From contig NZ_PXOQ01000007.1 of the NCBI RefSeq assembly GCF_003008425.1, positions 456,419 through 520,418 of the forward strand: a stretch of DNA of 64,000 bases, in the 5' to 3' direction. The notes beneath the pieces were generated by a model. The model did no database searches. It saw only the letters and a list, made by a program, of their open reading frames with translations, and had not been told where the DNA came from. The stretch is from Aurantibacter aestuarii (GTDB lineage: Bacteria > Bacteroidota > Bacteroidia > Flavobacteriales > Flavobacteriaceae). Shown one piece after another: positions 41,583 through 51,966 of the stretch. How positions within the stretch are numbered: the first letter of the stretch is position 1; the number at the start of each line of letters is the position of its first letter. A program made the position numbers and the translations under genes.

Positions 41583-41684
41583 AAAAAAACAACCAAACTT
41601 TCTTAACACACATTTAATGTGAATCTTCATTTAGTTTTGTTGCAAAAATCCTTATTTTCGCACACTTAGGACAAAATACCAATT

Positions 41685-44600
41685 ATGAGTACGAAATTTG
41701 CTGAATATAAAGGACTTAACCTACCAAATGTAGCTAACGAAATTTTAAGCTATTGGGAAGAAAACAACATTTTTGAAAAAAGTGTAACCTCAAGAGAAGG
41801 CGCAGAACCTTATGTGTTTTTTGAAGGACCACCTTCTGCAAATGGATTACCAGGTGTACACCACGTTTTAGCACGTTCTATAAAAGATATTTTTCCGCGT
41901 TACAAAACCATGAAAGGTTTCCAAGTAAAGCGTAAAGCCGGCTGGGACACACATGGTTTACCTGTAGAACTTGGTGTAGAAAAAGAACTTGGGATTACTA
42001 AGGAAGATATTGGTACAAAAATATCTGTAGAAGAATACAACGAGGCTTGTCGTAAAGCGGTGATGCGTTATACCGATATCTGGAACGACTTAACCCAGAA
42101 AATGGGTTATTGGGTAGATATGGACGACCCGTATGTGACTTACGAGCCAAAATATATGGAATCGGTTTGGTGGTTGTTAAAAGAAATTTACCAAAAGCAA
42201 TTAATGTATAAAGGTTATACGATACAGCCGTATTCTCCTAAAGCAGGAACAGGTTTAAGTTCTCACGAGTTAAACCAGCCTGGAACCTACCAAGACGTTA
42301 CAGATACGACAATTGTAGCTCAGTTTAAAGCTGTAGCAAGTACATTGCCAGACTTTTTACAAAATGAAGGCGATATTCACTTTTTAGCATGGACTACAAC
42401 TCCTTGGACTTTACCAAGTAACACGGCTTTAACCGTAGGGCCAAAAATAGATTACGTTTTAGTTGAAACTTACAACCAATACACCTTTAAACCTATGAAT
42501 GTGGTGTTGGCAAAACCTTTGCTAAACAAACAATTTGGTGGTAAAAACAATGTGTTAGTTGAAGAAAAATCGGCACTTTTAGACTATAAAGATGGCGATA
42601 AAAAAATCCCTTATTACGTTGTAAAAGAATTTAAAGGAAAAGATTTAGTTGGTATTAAATACGAACAGTTATTAGACTACGTATTACCAAACGATAATCC
42701 TGAAAATGCCTTTAGAATTATTTCTGGAGATTTCGTAACTACCGAAGATGGAACAGGAATAGTACATACCGCACCAACTTTTGGAGCAGATGATGCTTTA
42801 GTGGCAAAGCAAGCTGTACCAGAAATTCCGCCAATGTTGGTGAAAGACGAAAATGATAATTTAGTACCACTTGTAGATTTACAAGGTAAATTTAGACCAG
42901 AAATGGGCGAATTTGCAGGTAAATACGTTAAAAACGAATATTATCCAGATGGTGAGGCTCCAGAAAAATCGGTAGATGTTGAGCTTGCCATAAAATTAAA
43001 AACAGAAAACAAAGCCTTTAAGGTTGAAAAATATAAGCACAGTTATCCAAACTGTTGGAGAACCGATAAGCCAATTTTATACTATCCGTTAGACTCATGG
43101 TTTATTAAAATCACCGATGTTAAGGATAGAATGCACGACTTAAACAAAACCATTAATTGGAAACCAGAATCTACGGGAACTGGTCGTTTCGGGAATTGGT
43201 TAGCTAATGCAAACGATTGGAATTTATCACGTTCACGTTATTGGGGAATTCCTTTACCTATTTGGAGAACCGAAGACGGAAAAGAAGAAATTTGTATAGG
43301 TTCTGTTGCAGAACTAAAAGCTGAAATGGCAAAAGCGGTTAAAGCTGGTGTTTTAGCAAAAGACATTTTTGAAGATTTTGTGGTTGGCGATATGTCTGAA
43401 GAAAACTATGCGAAATTAGATTTACATAAAAATATTGTAGACGATATTACTTTAGTTTCAGCTAGCGGACAACCTATGAAACGCGAAAGCGACTTAATAG
43501 ATGTATGGTTCGATTCTGGTTCTATGCCTTATGCACAGTGGCATTACCCATTTGAAAATAAAGACTTAATTGATGATAATAAAGCATTTCCAGCCGATTT
43601 TATTGCCGAAGGTGTAGACCAAACCAGAGGTTGGTTCTATACGCTTCATGCTATTGGTACTATGGTTTTCGATTCGGTTGCCTATAAAAACGTCGTATCT
43701 AATGGATTAGTGTTAGACAAAAATGGACAAAAAATGTCGAAACGTTTAGGAAACGCAGTAGATCCGTTTACCACTTTAGAGACTTATGGTGCCGATGCAA
43801 CACGTTGGTACATGATTTCTAATGCCAATCCTTGGGATAACCTTAAATTTGATTTAGATGGCGTAGAAGAAGTAAAACGTAAGTTTTTTGGGACATTATA
43901 CAATACCTATTCGTTCTTTCAACTCTACACCAATTTAGATGGATTTACTTACGCTGAAGCAGATATTGCTTTAGAAGACCGACCAGAACTAGACCGTTGG
44001 ATTTTAAGTGAATTACATACGCTAATACAAAAAGTAGACGACTATTACGCAGAGTACGAGCCTACAAAAGCAGCACGTGCTATTTCTAATTTTACACAAG
44101 ATTACTTGAGTAACTGGTACGTACGTTTAAGTAGAAGACGTTTCTGGAAAGGCGACTACCAAACCGATAAAATCTCGGCATACCAAACGCTTTATACCTG
44201 TATGGAAACCATAGCAAAGTTAGGCGCACCAATTGCACCTTTCTTTATGGATCGTTTGTATTTAGATTTAAATAAAGTGACTCAAAAAGAAAGTTTTGAA
44301 AGTGTTCACTTGGCCAATTTCCCTGTGTTCGACGCGGCTTATGTTGACAAGAGTTTAGAACGTAAAATGGAAAATGCACAAACCATTTCATCTTTAGTTT
44401 TATCATTACGTGCTAAAGAAAAGATAAAAGTGCGTCAGCCTTTACAGAAAATCATGATTCCTGTAGATTCAGAACAGCAAAAAGAGGAAATTCTTGCAGT
44501 AGCAGATTTAATAAAAAGCGAAGTAAATATTAAAGATATTGAGCTATTAAGCGATGCATCAGATATTTTAGTGAAGCAGATTAAACCAAACTTTAAAGCG

Positions 44601-45092
44601 TTAGGACCTCGATTTGGTAAGGATATGAAGCTTATTGCTAATGAAATTAATAGCTTAAATGCAGAAAATATTAAAACTATTGAGCAAAAAGGAACACTCG
44701 ATGTAAATGTTAACGGAAAAAGTATTACTTTAGAACGTAGTGATGTAGAAATTACATCGCAAGATATTGAAGGTTGGTTAGTGGCAAATGAAGGAGCTAT
44801 TACAGTTGCTTTAGACGTCACCATAACCGAAGATTTACGAGAAGAAGGTATTGCCAGAGAATTGGTAAACCGCATACAAAACTTACGTAAAGATTCTGGT
44901 TTTGAAGTGACCGACCGTATTGAAGTGAAAATTAAAAATGAAGTAAGTGTTACAAAAGCAGTAAAAGCTAATTTAGACTATATTAAGGTTGAAACACTTA
45001 CAGAAACATTAGAATTAGTAGATCATCTGGACAATGGTATGGAAATTGTGTTTGATGATGTAGAAACCAACTTATATATTACAAAAATTTAA
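41685..45092 (+). CDS. ileS: Isoleucyl-tRNA synthetase, type 2 (eukaryote-like) form
   Basis: 1135 aa; class I HIGH variant (PPSANGLPGVHH), KMSKR and editing domain; the length is typical of type-2 IleRS. Confidence 0.95.
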   Translation: MSTKFAEYKGLNLPNVANEILSYWEENNIFEKSVTSREGAEPYVFFEGPPSANGLPGVHHVLARSIKDIFPRYKTMKGFQVKRKAGWDTHGLPVELGVEKELGITKEDIGTKISVEEYNEACRKAVMRYTDIWNDLTQKMGYWVDMDDPYVTYEPKYMESVWWLLKEIYQKQLMYKGYTIQPYSPKAGTGLSSHELNQPGTYQDVTDTTIVAQFKAVASTLPDFLQNEGDIHFLAWTTTPWTLPSNTALTVGPKIDYVLVETYNQYTFKPMNVVLAKPLLNKQFGGKNNVLVEEKSALLDYKDGDKKIPYYVVKEFKGKDLVGIKYEQLLDYVLPNDNPENAFRIISGDFVTTEDGTGIVHTAPTFGADDALVAKQAVPEIPPMLVKDENDNLVPLVDLQGKFRPEMGEFAGKYVKNEYYPDGEAPEKSVDVELAIKLKTENKAFKVEKYKHSYPNCWRTDKPILYYPLDSWFIKITDVKDRMHDLNKTINWKPESTGTGRFGNWLANANDWNLSRSRYWGIPLPIWRTEDGKEEICIGSVAELKAEMAKAVKAGVLAKDIFEDFVVGDMSEENYAKLDLHKNIVDDITLVSASGQPMKRESDLIDVWFDSGSMPYAQWHYPFENKDLIDDNKAFPADFIAEGVDQTRGWFYTLHAIGTMVFDSVAYKNVVSNGLVLDKNGQKMSKRLGNAVDPFTTLETYGADATRWYMISNANPWDNLKFDLDGVEEVKRKFFGTLYNTYSFFQLYTNLDGFTYAEADIALEDRPELDRWILSELHTLIQKVDDYYAEYEPTKAARAISNFTQDYLSNWYVRLSRRRFWKGDYQTDKISAYQTLYTCMETIAKLGAPIAPFFMDRLYLDLNKVTQKESFESVHLANFPVFDAAYVDKSLERKMENAQTISSLVLSLRAKEKIKVRQPLQKIMIPVDSEQQKEEILAVADLIKSEVNIKDIELLSDASDILVKQIKPNFKALGPRFGKDMKLIANEINSLNAENIKTIEQKGTLDVNVNGKSITLERSDVEITSQDIEGWLVANEGAITVALDVTITEDLREEGIARELVNRIQNLRKDSGFEVTDRIEVKIKNEVSVTKAVKANLDYIKVETLTETLELVDHLDNGMEIVFDDVETNLYITKI

Positions 45093-45097
45093 AAATT

Positions 45098-45478
45098 ATG
45101 TCAGTAGATACAACAGTAAGATATTCGGACGCAGACTTAGCAGAATTTAAAACTTTAATTCAAGAAAAAATTGAACACGCTAAGCATGATTTAGAGTTAA
45201 TTAAGAGCGCATACATGAATGACCATAATAATGGTACAGATGACACGTCTCCTACATTTAAGGCGTTTGATGAAGGTAGCGAGGTCATGAGTAAAGAAAG
45301 CAATTCTCAGTTAGCTATACGTCAGGAAAAGTTTATCCGCGATTTAAAAAACGCGTTAATCCGTATTGAAAATAAAAGTTATGGTGTTTGTCGTGTAACT
45401 GGTAAATTAATAAACAAAAAACGTTTAGAGTTAGTGCCACATGCAACCTTGAGTATTGAAGCTAAAAATATGCAATAA
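45098..45478 (+). CDS. DksA/TraR-family protein (degenerate zinc finger)
   Basis: 126 aa with a coiled-coil N-terminus and C-terminal YGVCRVTGKLINKKRLELVPHATLS; sits between ileS and lspA. Confidence 0.7.
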   Translation: MSVDTTVRYSDADLAEFKTLIQEKIEHAKHDLELIKSAYMNDHNNGTDDTSPTFKAFDEGSEVMSKESNSQLAIRQEKFIRDLKNALIRIENKSYGVCRVTGKLINKKRLELVPHATLSIEAKNMQ

Positions 45479-45554
45479 TCTAATAGGCTTTCATAAAACA
45501 CAAAACGCTTTAATGTTATATTGAAGCGTTTTTTATTTTAAAAATTTTAAAATC

Positions 45555-46184
45555 ATGTCGCTAAAAAAAGCAACACTTTTTATTATTCTTATTTTATTAA
45601 TCGATCAGCTTAGTAAAATTTATATTAAAACACATTTTGTATTAGGCGAAGATGTAGAAGTATTTACATGGTTTAAAATTTTCTTTGTGGAGAATAAAGG
45701 CATGGCTTGGGGCACAAAACTGAATGATATCTTTCCGTTTCTAAGCGAAAATACCGCTAAAGTAAGTTTAACCATTTTTAGAATTTTCGCCATATTAGGT
45801 GTAGGTTATTGGCTCTATAAAACTATTAGCTCTCGCGGTCCAAAAGTGCTGGTTACCGCTCTTATTTTTATTATGGCTGGTGCTATAGGTAATATTATAG
45901 ATTCTATATTTTATGGTGTGTTATTTAGCAGCAGTAATACACAAGTAGCCACGTTTTTAGGTAAAAATTCTTATGCGCCGCTACTTCATGGTCAAGTGGT
46001 GGATATGCTGTATTTACCCATTTGGAATGGCTATTTACCTAAATGGATACCATTTATAGGTGGCGATTTCTTTACGTTTTTTGAACCCGTTTTTAATATA
46101 GCAGATGTATCTATTTGTATTGGTTTTATTATCTTAATATTTTGGAATAAAACAGCTTTTTCTAAAAGCACTAAAGAAGAGTAG
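45555..46184 (+). CDS. lspA: Lipoprotein signal peptidase II
   Basis: 209 aa, 4 TM; conserved GAIGNIIDSIFYG and VVDML motifs; classic ileS-lspA linkage. Confidence 0.85.
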   Translation: MSLKKATLFIILILLIDQLSKIYIKTHFVLGEDVEVFTWFKIFFVENKGMAWGTKLNDIFPFLSENTAKVSLTIFRIFAILGVGYWLYKTISSRGPKVLVTALIFIMAGAIGNIIDSIFYGVLFSSSNTQVATFLGKNSYAPLLHGQVVDMLYLPIWNGYLPKWIPFIGGDFFTFFEPVFNIADVSICIGFIILIFWNKTAFSKSTKEE

Positions 46185-46206
46185 TAAGTTTAAAACAGTA
46201 GCTATT

Positions 46207-46650
46207 ATGGAAAATTCTATCTTAAAAAAAATTGAATTGGAGCAGTTTACCAATCGTATGGCTTTAGATATGGGATTGGCTATCATTACATTGGCTCAAA
46301 AGAACCATCACAACATTGCAGTAAAAATAGAACGCTTAAACCATACTGTATTTTTATATGTAGATGAAGGTTTACCTGCAGATAAACATTTATGGTTAAA
46401 TAGAAAAGCCAACGTTGCAAAGCATTTTGAAGAAAGTTCACTAAATGTTAAGAATGATTTATTCACTCATAAAATGAGTTTAAAAGATACTTTTGCTTTA
46501 GACGATAACTCTTATTTAGCAAAAGGAGGCGCCATACCTATTTTTGTAAAAAATGCAGGAATGGTTGCTGTTATTACAGTCTCTGGTTTAAGTGATGAAG
46601 AAGATCATGACATTATTATTGAAGCTCTACAACATCAATTTTTTAAATAA
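46207..46650 (+). CDS. UPF0303/GlcG-like (heme-degrading domain family) protein
   Basis: 147 aa; matches the DUF336-like pattern. Confidence 0.55.
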   Translation: MENSILKKIELEQFTNRMALDMGLAIITLAQKNHHNIAVKIERLNHTVFLYVDEGLPADKHLWLNRKANVAKHFEESSLNVKNDLFTHKMSLKDTFALDDNSYLAKGGAIPIFVKNAGMVAVITVSGLSDEEDHDIIIEALQHQFFK

Positions 46651-46655
46651 ATTTA

Positions 46656-47087
46656 ATGCATATGGCAACTTCTAAAGAAATGATAACCGTACATACCACT
46701 ATTAATGCTCCTGTAGAAACCATTTGGAATTATTGGAACAAACCTGAGCATATTGTAAAATGGAACTTTGCTTCAGACACTTGGTGTTGTCCTAAAGCCG
46801 AAAATGATTTACGACTAGGTGGTCAGTTTACATATCGTATGGAAGCTAAAGATGCTAGTATGGGGTTTGATTTCTCTGCAACCTATGACAAAATTGTGCC
46901 TCATGAGTTTATATCTTATACTCTTGAAGATGGTAGAAAAGTTACGATTTCTTTTACTGTTGAAGAGGATACGGTTTTAGTGAAAGAATCTTTTGAAGCC
47001 GAAGGTACTCATACAGATGAAATGCAAAAAGCTGGTTGGCAGGCTATTTTAGAAAATTTTAAAACTTATGTTGAAACGAACTCCTAA
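46656..47087 (+). CDS. SRPBCC/AHSA1-domain protein
   Basis: 143 aa; Activator-of-Hsp90-ATPase-like / START fold pattern. Confidence 0.6.
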   Translation: MHMATSKEMITVHTTINAPVETIWNYWNKPEHIVKWNFASDTWCCPKAENDLRLGGQFTYRMEAKDASMGFDFSATYDKIVPHEFISYTLEDGRKVTISFTVEEDTVLVKESFEAEGTHTDEMQKAGWQAILENFKTYVETNS

Positions 47088-47119
47088 TTGTTTCTCATAA
47101 CTCAGCAAAAACGATAGTA

Positions 47120-47190
47120 GCGGCATCCTTTTTGGGCTCTTTTTAGACCAAAAAGATATAGCGGATAGCGTGGTGGCTAGCCATTTGCCC
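47120..47190. repeat. ~70-nt repeated element, copy C
   Basis: GCGGCATCCTTTTTGGG...CAAAAAGATATAGCGGATAGCGT + TGGCTAGCCA hairpin ...TTGCCC. Confidence 0.45.
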
Positions 47191-47795
47191 TAAAACCTAT
47201 ATACCTGTTCTGGAGTAACGCAATAATCTAAAGCAACATCGGTAGTTAAAATATCTGTAATATCGTTTTCTGGTGGGAAAAAAGACAAACCTACTTTCAC
47301 GCAATTTGGTGCGCATTCATTTAAAAATCGGTCGTAAAATCCTTTACCGTAACCTGTGCGATGTCCTTTTTTATCATAAGCCAAAAGCGGCACAAAAACC
47401 ACTTCTATTTTAGAATGGTCTATTTCTATACCATCTATAGGCTCAGGAATTCCGTAGACGTTTAAACCTATTTTAGTATTATCTTGTAATAAATAACTCT
47501 TCATTTTAAAAGTCGAAAAGTCGCTTTTGGACACTAAGCAGTTTTTATCTTTACCTTGTAGAATATGTAATATAAATTCTGTTTTTACTTCCTTTTGATT
47601 TTCCATAGTTAAAAAGACATGGAAATACATTTTGTCCCAAATAGGTAACTCTAATAACTGGTTTGCAATAGCAATACTGTAATCCTCAACAGTTTGAGGA
47701 GACAAACTTGCCCGTTTTTCCTTATAGATATGACGTAATTCCGCTTTAGTCATTATCCGCCTTAATTTTGGTGGTAATATGAAACACAGCATCAC
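47190..47795 (-). CDS. 5-formyltetrahydrofolate cyclo-ligase (true start probably at internal Met, ~47753)
   Basis: MTKAELRHIYKEKR...GYGKGFYDRFL is the family signature; the listed N-terminus overlaps the upstream gene by 50 bp. Confidence 0.65.
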   Translation of the reverse strand: MMLCFILPPKLRRIMTKAELRHIYKEKRASLSPQTVEDYSIAIANQLLELPIWDKMYFHVFLTMENQKEVKTEFILHILQGKDKNCLVSKSDFSTFKMKSYLLQDNTKIGLNVYGIPEPIDGIEIDHSKIEVVFVPLLAYDKKGHRTGYGKGFYDRFLNECAPNCVKVGLSFFPPENDITDILTTDVALDYCVTPEQVYRF

Positions 47796-48726
47796 CCTGA
47801 TAAACTATGGGCGATTCGTTAACATTTATTAAATAACCCCTATTTGAAGCTTTAATGGCATGATTAAGTTTTCCAAAAGGATCTGTAATGTAACCTAAAA
47901 CCTCGCCTTTCTCCACATAAGCATTAATATTAAAAAGCGGTTTAAACATGCCAGAATATTTGGCTCTAATCCATTTACTTTCTAAAATAAATACCGGATG
48001 ATTATCGATTTGTTTAACCTCTAAAGTATCATTAAGCATTCCTAAGTGATGCAAAAACCGTTTGGAACCTTCTAATCCTACATTGGTTATGTGTTTATCG
48101 ATATGTAGAGACTTGCCGCCTTCAAATAAAATAACGGGAATATGAAGGTTGTTACAAGCGTTTCTAAAGGATTTTTTTATGTTTTTTGAATAAAGCACAA
48201 ATGGTGCGCCAAATAACTTTGCAAACTCGTCATACTTCTCATTATTAGCGGCTATTCTAACTTGTGGTGCATTAAATCTGTTAGCACCGCCAGTATGGAA
48301 GTCTACAATGTAGTCTACATTAGGAATGACTTCTTTCATTAAATGATAAGCCACACGAGAGGCTAAAGAACCCGATTTACTTCCAGGAAACACACGGTTT
48401 AAATCGCGACCATCGGGAAATTCACGCTGTAGATTTATAAAACCGAAGATATTAATAACCGGTAGGCATATAATAGTTCCTATTTTTGGTTTGTTAATGC
48501 CTTGAGCAATAATTTGCCTTACCACTTCAATCCCATTTACTTCATCGCCATGTATACCAGCCGTGAATAAAACAGTAGGTCCAGCTTTTTTTGCCCGATG
48601 TATAATTACGGGAACATCTACAGAAGTATTAGTATGCAATTTAGCAACACTAAACTTAGCTTCGGCAGATTGGCCACGTTTAATACTTTTTCCAAGTATA
48701 GTTAAAATACCATTAGGGTAATTCAT
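47746..48726 (-). CDS. Succinylglutamate desuccinylase/aspartoacylase (AstE/AspA) family zinc hydrolase
   Basis: 326 aa with HGDEVNG zinc-binding motif. Confidence 0.75.
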   Translation of the reverse strand: MNYPNGILTILGKSIKRGQSAEAKFSVAKLHTNTSVDVPVIIHRAKKAGPTVLFTAGIHGDEVNGIEVVRQIIAQGINKPKIGTIICLPVINIFGFINLQREFPDGRDLNRVFPGSKSGSLASRVAYHLMKEVIPNVDYIVDFHTGGANRFNAPQVRIAANNEKYDEFAKLFGAPFVLYSKNIKKSFRNACNNLHIPVILFEGGKSLHIDKHITNVGLEGSKRFLHHLGMLNDTLEVKQIDNHPVFILESKWIRAKYSGMFKPLFNINAYVEKGEVLGYITDPFGKLNHAIKASNRGYLINVNESPIVYQGDAVFHITTKIKADND

Positions 48727-48728
48727 GT

Positions 48729-49646
48729 TTACTTATTAACGTTACGCTCTATATAACTTATAATACTTTTAGCAATATTTTTACCTGTAGCCTGTTCTAT
48801 ACCTTCTAAACCAGGGGTAGAATTTACTTCTAAAAGTAAAGGTCCACGTTCAGACTGTAACATATCGACACCACAAACTGGAAGTTTTAAAACTTCTGCA
48901 GAACGCATAGCAAGTTTTAACTCTGCTTCATTTAATTTAATAATATTAGCACTTCCACCTCTATGTAAGTTACTTCTAAATTCGCCTTCTTTTCCTTGTC
49001 GTTTCATGGCTCCAACGACTTGTCCGTCCACAATTAAGGCTCTAATATCTGCTCCTTTAGCTTCTTTAATAAATTCTTGTATAATCACTCTGGCTTGTAA
49101 GCCATTAAAGGCTTCTAAAACAGATTCTGCAGCACTTTTTGTTTCTGCTAACACCACACCTAAACCTTGTGTACCTTCTAAAAGTTTAATAATTACAGGA
49201 GCACCGCCAACATGTTGCAACACTTCTCTGGCATCTCGGGTATAATTGGTAAAAACAGTTTTAGGCATTCCAATACCTTTTTTACTTAAGCGTTGTAAAC
49301 TTTTAAGTTTATCTCTAGAATTTAAAATGGCATCACTGGTGGCAGTAGTAAATACATTCATCATTTCAAACTGTCTTACAACAGCACAACCGTAAAAGGT
49401 TACCGACGCACCAATTCTTGGAATAACGGCATCGACATAATCCAGATATTTATTTTTATAATATATAGTTGGTTTTTCTCTTTCAATGATAATATCACAC
49501 TTTAGAGGATCTATAACTTCTACATGATGGCCTTTATTTTCGGCTTCTTCAATAATACGATCTGTAGAATATAGATTGGCATTACGAGATAATATAACAA
49601 TATTCATTTTACTGGTGTTTAAAAGATTGGTTTTCAAGATCGACAT
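48729..49646 (-). CDS. RimK-like ATP-grasp alpha-L-glutamate ligase
   Basis: 305 aa with ATP-grasp motifs; 3-bp gap to the downstream gene. Confidence 0.85.
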   Translation of the reverse strand: MSILKTNLLNTSKMNIVILSRNANLYSTDRIIEEAENKGHHVEVIDPLKCDIIIEREKPTIYYKNKYLDYVDAVIPRIGASVTFYGCAVVRQFEMMNVFTTATSDAILNSRDKLKSLQRLSKKGIGMPKTVFTNYTRDAREVLQHVGGAPVIIKLLEGTQGLGVVLAETKSAAESVLEAFNGLQARVIIQEFIKEAKGADIRALIVDGQVVGAMKRQGKEGEFRSNLHRGGSANIIKLNEAELKLAMRSAEVLKLPVCGVDMLQSERGPLLLEVNSTPGLEGIEQATGKNIAKSIISYIERNVNK

Positions 49647-50028
49647 CGACTAAAAATTTTTTTCTTAAAAATTGTCGGCCAATTAAAACAGGATATTTCA
49701 TATCGTCTCGTGTACTTAATGTAAGATTTATCACATAGGTTTTTCCAAAAAACACTACGTCGGTTTTTATTTTATAACGGTTTTCCACATGTCCGTTACT
49801 ACTTTTTACATCGGTTAAAGAATAGGTGTCAAAAACAACTTCTTTACCATTAAAATTAGGGTGACCCTTACTGTAAAACTTACAACGTAATTTATCTCCT
49901 TCTTTAGTAATTTCGGAGCAATGTATAGAGCTAGTATACGCTCCTGTATCTATTTTACAGTCTATTTGATGTAATTGTAATTTTGGGAAATTGATGCAGT
50001 CTACGCGACCAATAGTTTTTTTTGACAT
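49609..50028 (-). CDS. RimK-associated retropepsin-like/ATP-dependent zinc protease family protein (DUF785-like)
   Basis: 139 aa with [10 protein letters not shown]; overlaps the rimK-like gene. Confidence 0.6.
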   Translation of the reverse strand: MSKKTIGRVDCINFPKLQLHQIDCKIDTGAYTSSIHCSEITKEGDKLRCKFYSKGHPNFNGKEVVFDTYSLTDVKSSNGHVENRYKIKTDVVFFGKTYVINLTLSTRDDMKYPVLIGRQFLRKKFLVDVDLENQSFKHQ

Positions 50029-50145
50029 AAAATTTATTCAAATCGAAAGGTAATAAATAGCAAAATATTTTCATCACAAATTTATACTAATTTTAACGCC
50101 AAACCTAAGTAATTGTTAAGGTTAGATGAATATTAATTTTTACCT

Positions 50146-51966
50146 TTGGGCATATACGATAACCAGCTATTAGTTATGTCTCCAGAATTAGAATTACAAC
50201 TTAAAACGTTACCTAATGCACCTGGAGTGTACCAGTATTTCGATAAAAACGATGTTATTATCTATGTTGGAAAAGCTAAAAACCTAAAAAAACGAGTCTC
50301 CTCATATTTTACCAAAACGCATGACAGTGGTAAAACGAGAGTTTTGGTTAAAAAAATCCGTAGTATTAAACACATCGTGGTTAATACGGAAAGTGATGCT
50401 CTGCTTTTAGAAAATAATCTTATAAAAAAATACAAACCTCGGTATAATGTTTTATTAAAAGACGATAAGTCTTATCCTTGGATTTGTCTTAAAAATGAAC
50501 GCTTTCCTAGAATATTTCCTACGCGCCGCATGATTAAGGATGGTAGTGAATATTTTGGTCCTTATACCAGTATGAAAACAGTTGGGACTTTACTGGATTT
50601 AATTAAAGGGCTGTACCAAATTAGAACCTGTAATTACGATTTGGCTGAAGAAAAAATTCAAGCAGGAAAGTATAAAGTGTGTCTAGAATATCATTTAGGT
50701 AATTGTAAGGGACCTTGTGAGGGTTACGAAACCGAAGCACATTACAACGAAAATATTACTGCTATTCGTGATATTCTAAAAGGAAATTTTAAAGCGTCTC
50801 TTGGGCAATTCAAAACCCAAATGAAAGAGCTGGCAAATGATATGCAATTTGAAGAAGCTCAAAAAATTAAAGAAAAAATAGATGTTTTAGAAAAGTACCA
50901 GTCTAAATCTACAGTTGTTAATCCAAAAATTAACAATGTAGATGTGTTTAGTATTGTAAGTGACGACAGTTATGGGTATGTAAACTTTTTACAGCTGTCT
51001 TTTGGTTCTATTATTCGTTCACACACCTTAGAAATTAAAAAGAAATTAGACGAAACCGACAAAGAATTGTTAGAGCTTGCTATTGTGGAATTAAGAGAGC
51101 GTTTTAATAGTCAGTCTAAAGAAGTTTATACACAAATGCCTTTAGATTTGGGTGAAGGTATAAAAGTAACCGTTCCACAACTGGGCGACAAAAAACGGAT
51201 TTTGGATCTATCGGAAAGAAACGCCAAATTTTATAGACTGGAACGTTTTAAACAAATAAAAATTACCGATCCAGATAAACATGCCAATCGTATAATGGCA
51301 CAAATGAAAACCGATTTAAGGCTAAAAGAAGAACCTAGACATATTGAATGCTTTGATAATTCTAATATCCAGGGAACAAATCCGGTTGCTGCCTGCGTGG
51401 TTTTTAAAAACGGAAAGCCTAGTAAAAAAGATTACCGTCATTTTAACATTAAAACGGTTGAAGGTCCAGACGATTTTGCCAGTATGGAAGAAGTGGTTTT
51501 TAGACGCTACAAAAGACTGTTAAACGAAGGAGAACCGCTCCCACAATTAATTATTATAGATGGTGGTAAAGGTCAATTATCTTCAGCTTTAAAAAGTCTA
51601 GATTTACTTGGTTTAAGAGGAAAAATTGCCATAATAGGTATTGCAAAACGTTTAGAAGAATTATTTTATCCAAATGATCCAATTCCGTTATATTTAGATA
51701 AAAAAAGTGAAACTCTTAAAATTATACAACAGTTAAGAAACGAAGCGCATCGTTTTGGTATTGAACATCATAGAAACCGAAGAAGTAAAGGTGCACTAAA
51801 AACAGAATTAGAAAGTATTTCTGGAATAGGCGAAAAAACTATTGTAGATTTAATGAAAGTTTTTAAGTCTACCAAACGTATTGCAAATGCAAAGTTAGAC
51901 GAGCTTGAAGCTGTAGTTGGCTTAAGTAGAGCACAAAAAATATATCAGTACTACCATAAAGCATGA
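50146..51966 (+). CDS. uvrC: Excinuclease ABC subunit C
   Basis: N-terminal GIY-YIG (PGVYQYFD...IIYVGKAKNLKKR) and a C-terminal RNase H-like + HhH segment; 606 aa. Confidence 0.9.
   Translation: MGIYDNQLLVMSPELELQLKTLPNAPGVYQYFDKNDVIIYVGKAKNLKKRVSSYFTKTHDSGKTRVLVKKIRSIKHIVVNTESDALLLENNLIKKYKPRYNVLLKDDKSYPWICLKNERFPRIFPTRRMIKDGSEYFGPYTSMKTVGTLLDLIKGLYQIRTCNYDLAEEKIQAGKYKVCLEYHLGNCKGPCEGYETEAHYNENITAIRDILKGNFKASLGQFKTQMKELANDMQFEEAQKIKEKIDVLEKYQSKSTVVNPKINNVDVFSIVSDDSYGYVNFLQLSFGSIIRSHTLEIKKKLDETDKELLELAIVELRERFNSQSKEVYTQMPLDLGEGIKVTVPQLGDKKRILDLSERNAKFYRLERFKQIKITDPDKHANRIMAQMKTDLRLKEEPRHIECFDNSNIQGTNPVAACVVFKNGKPSKKDYRHFNIKTVEGPDDFASMEEVVFRRYKRLLNEGEPLPQLIIIDGGKGQLSSALKSLDLLGLRGKIAIIGIAKRLEELFYPNDPIPLYLDKKSETLKIIQQLRNEAHRFGIEHHRNRRSKGALKTELESISGIGEKTIVDLMKVFKSTKRIANAKLDELEAVVGLSRAQKIYQYYHKA

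Noticed and set aside
41634-41660. Putative ileS promoter (TTTG ... TATTTTCG)
   Set aside because: The spacing between the TTG and the -7-like box is ~13 bp, which is too short; not reported as a feature.
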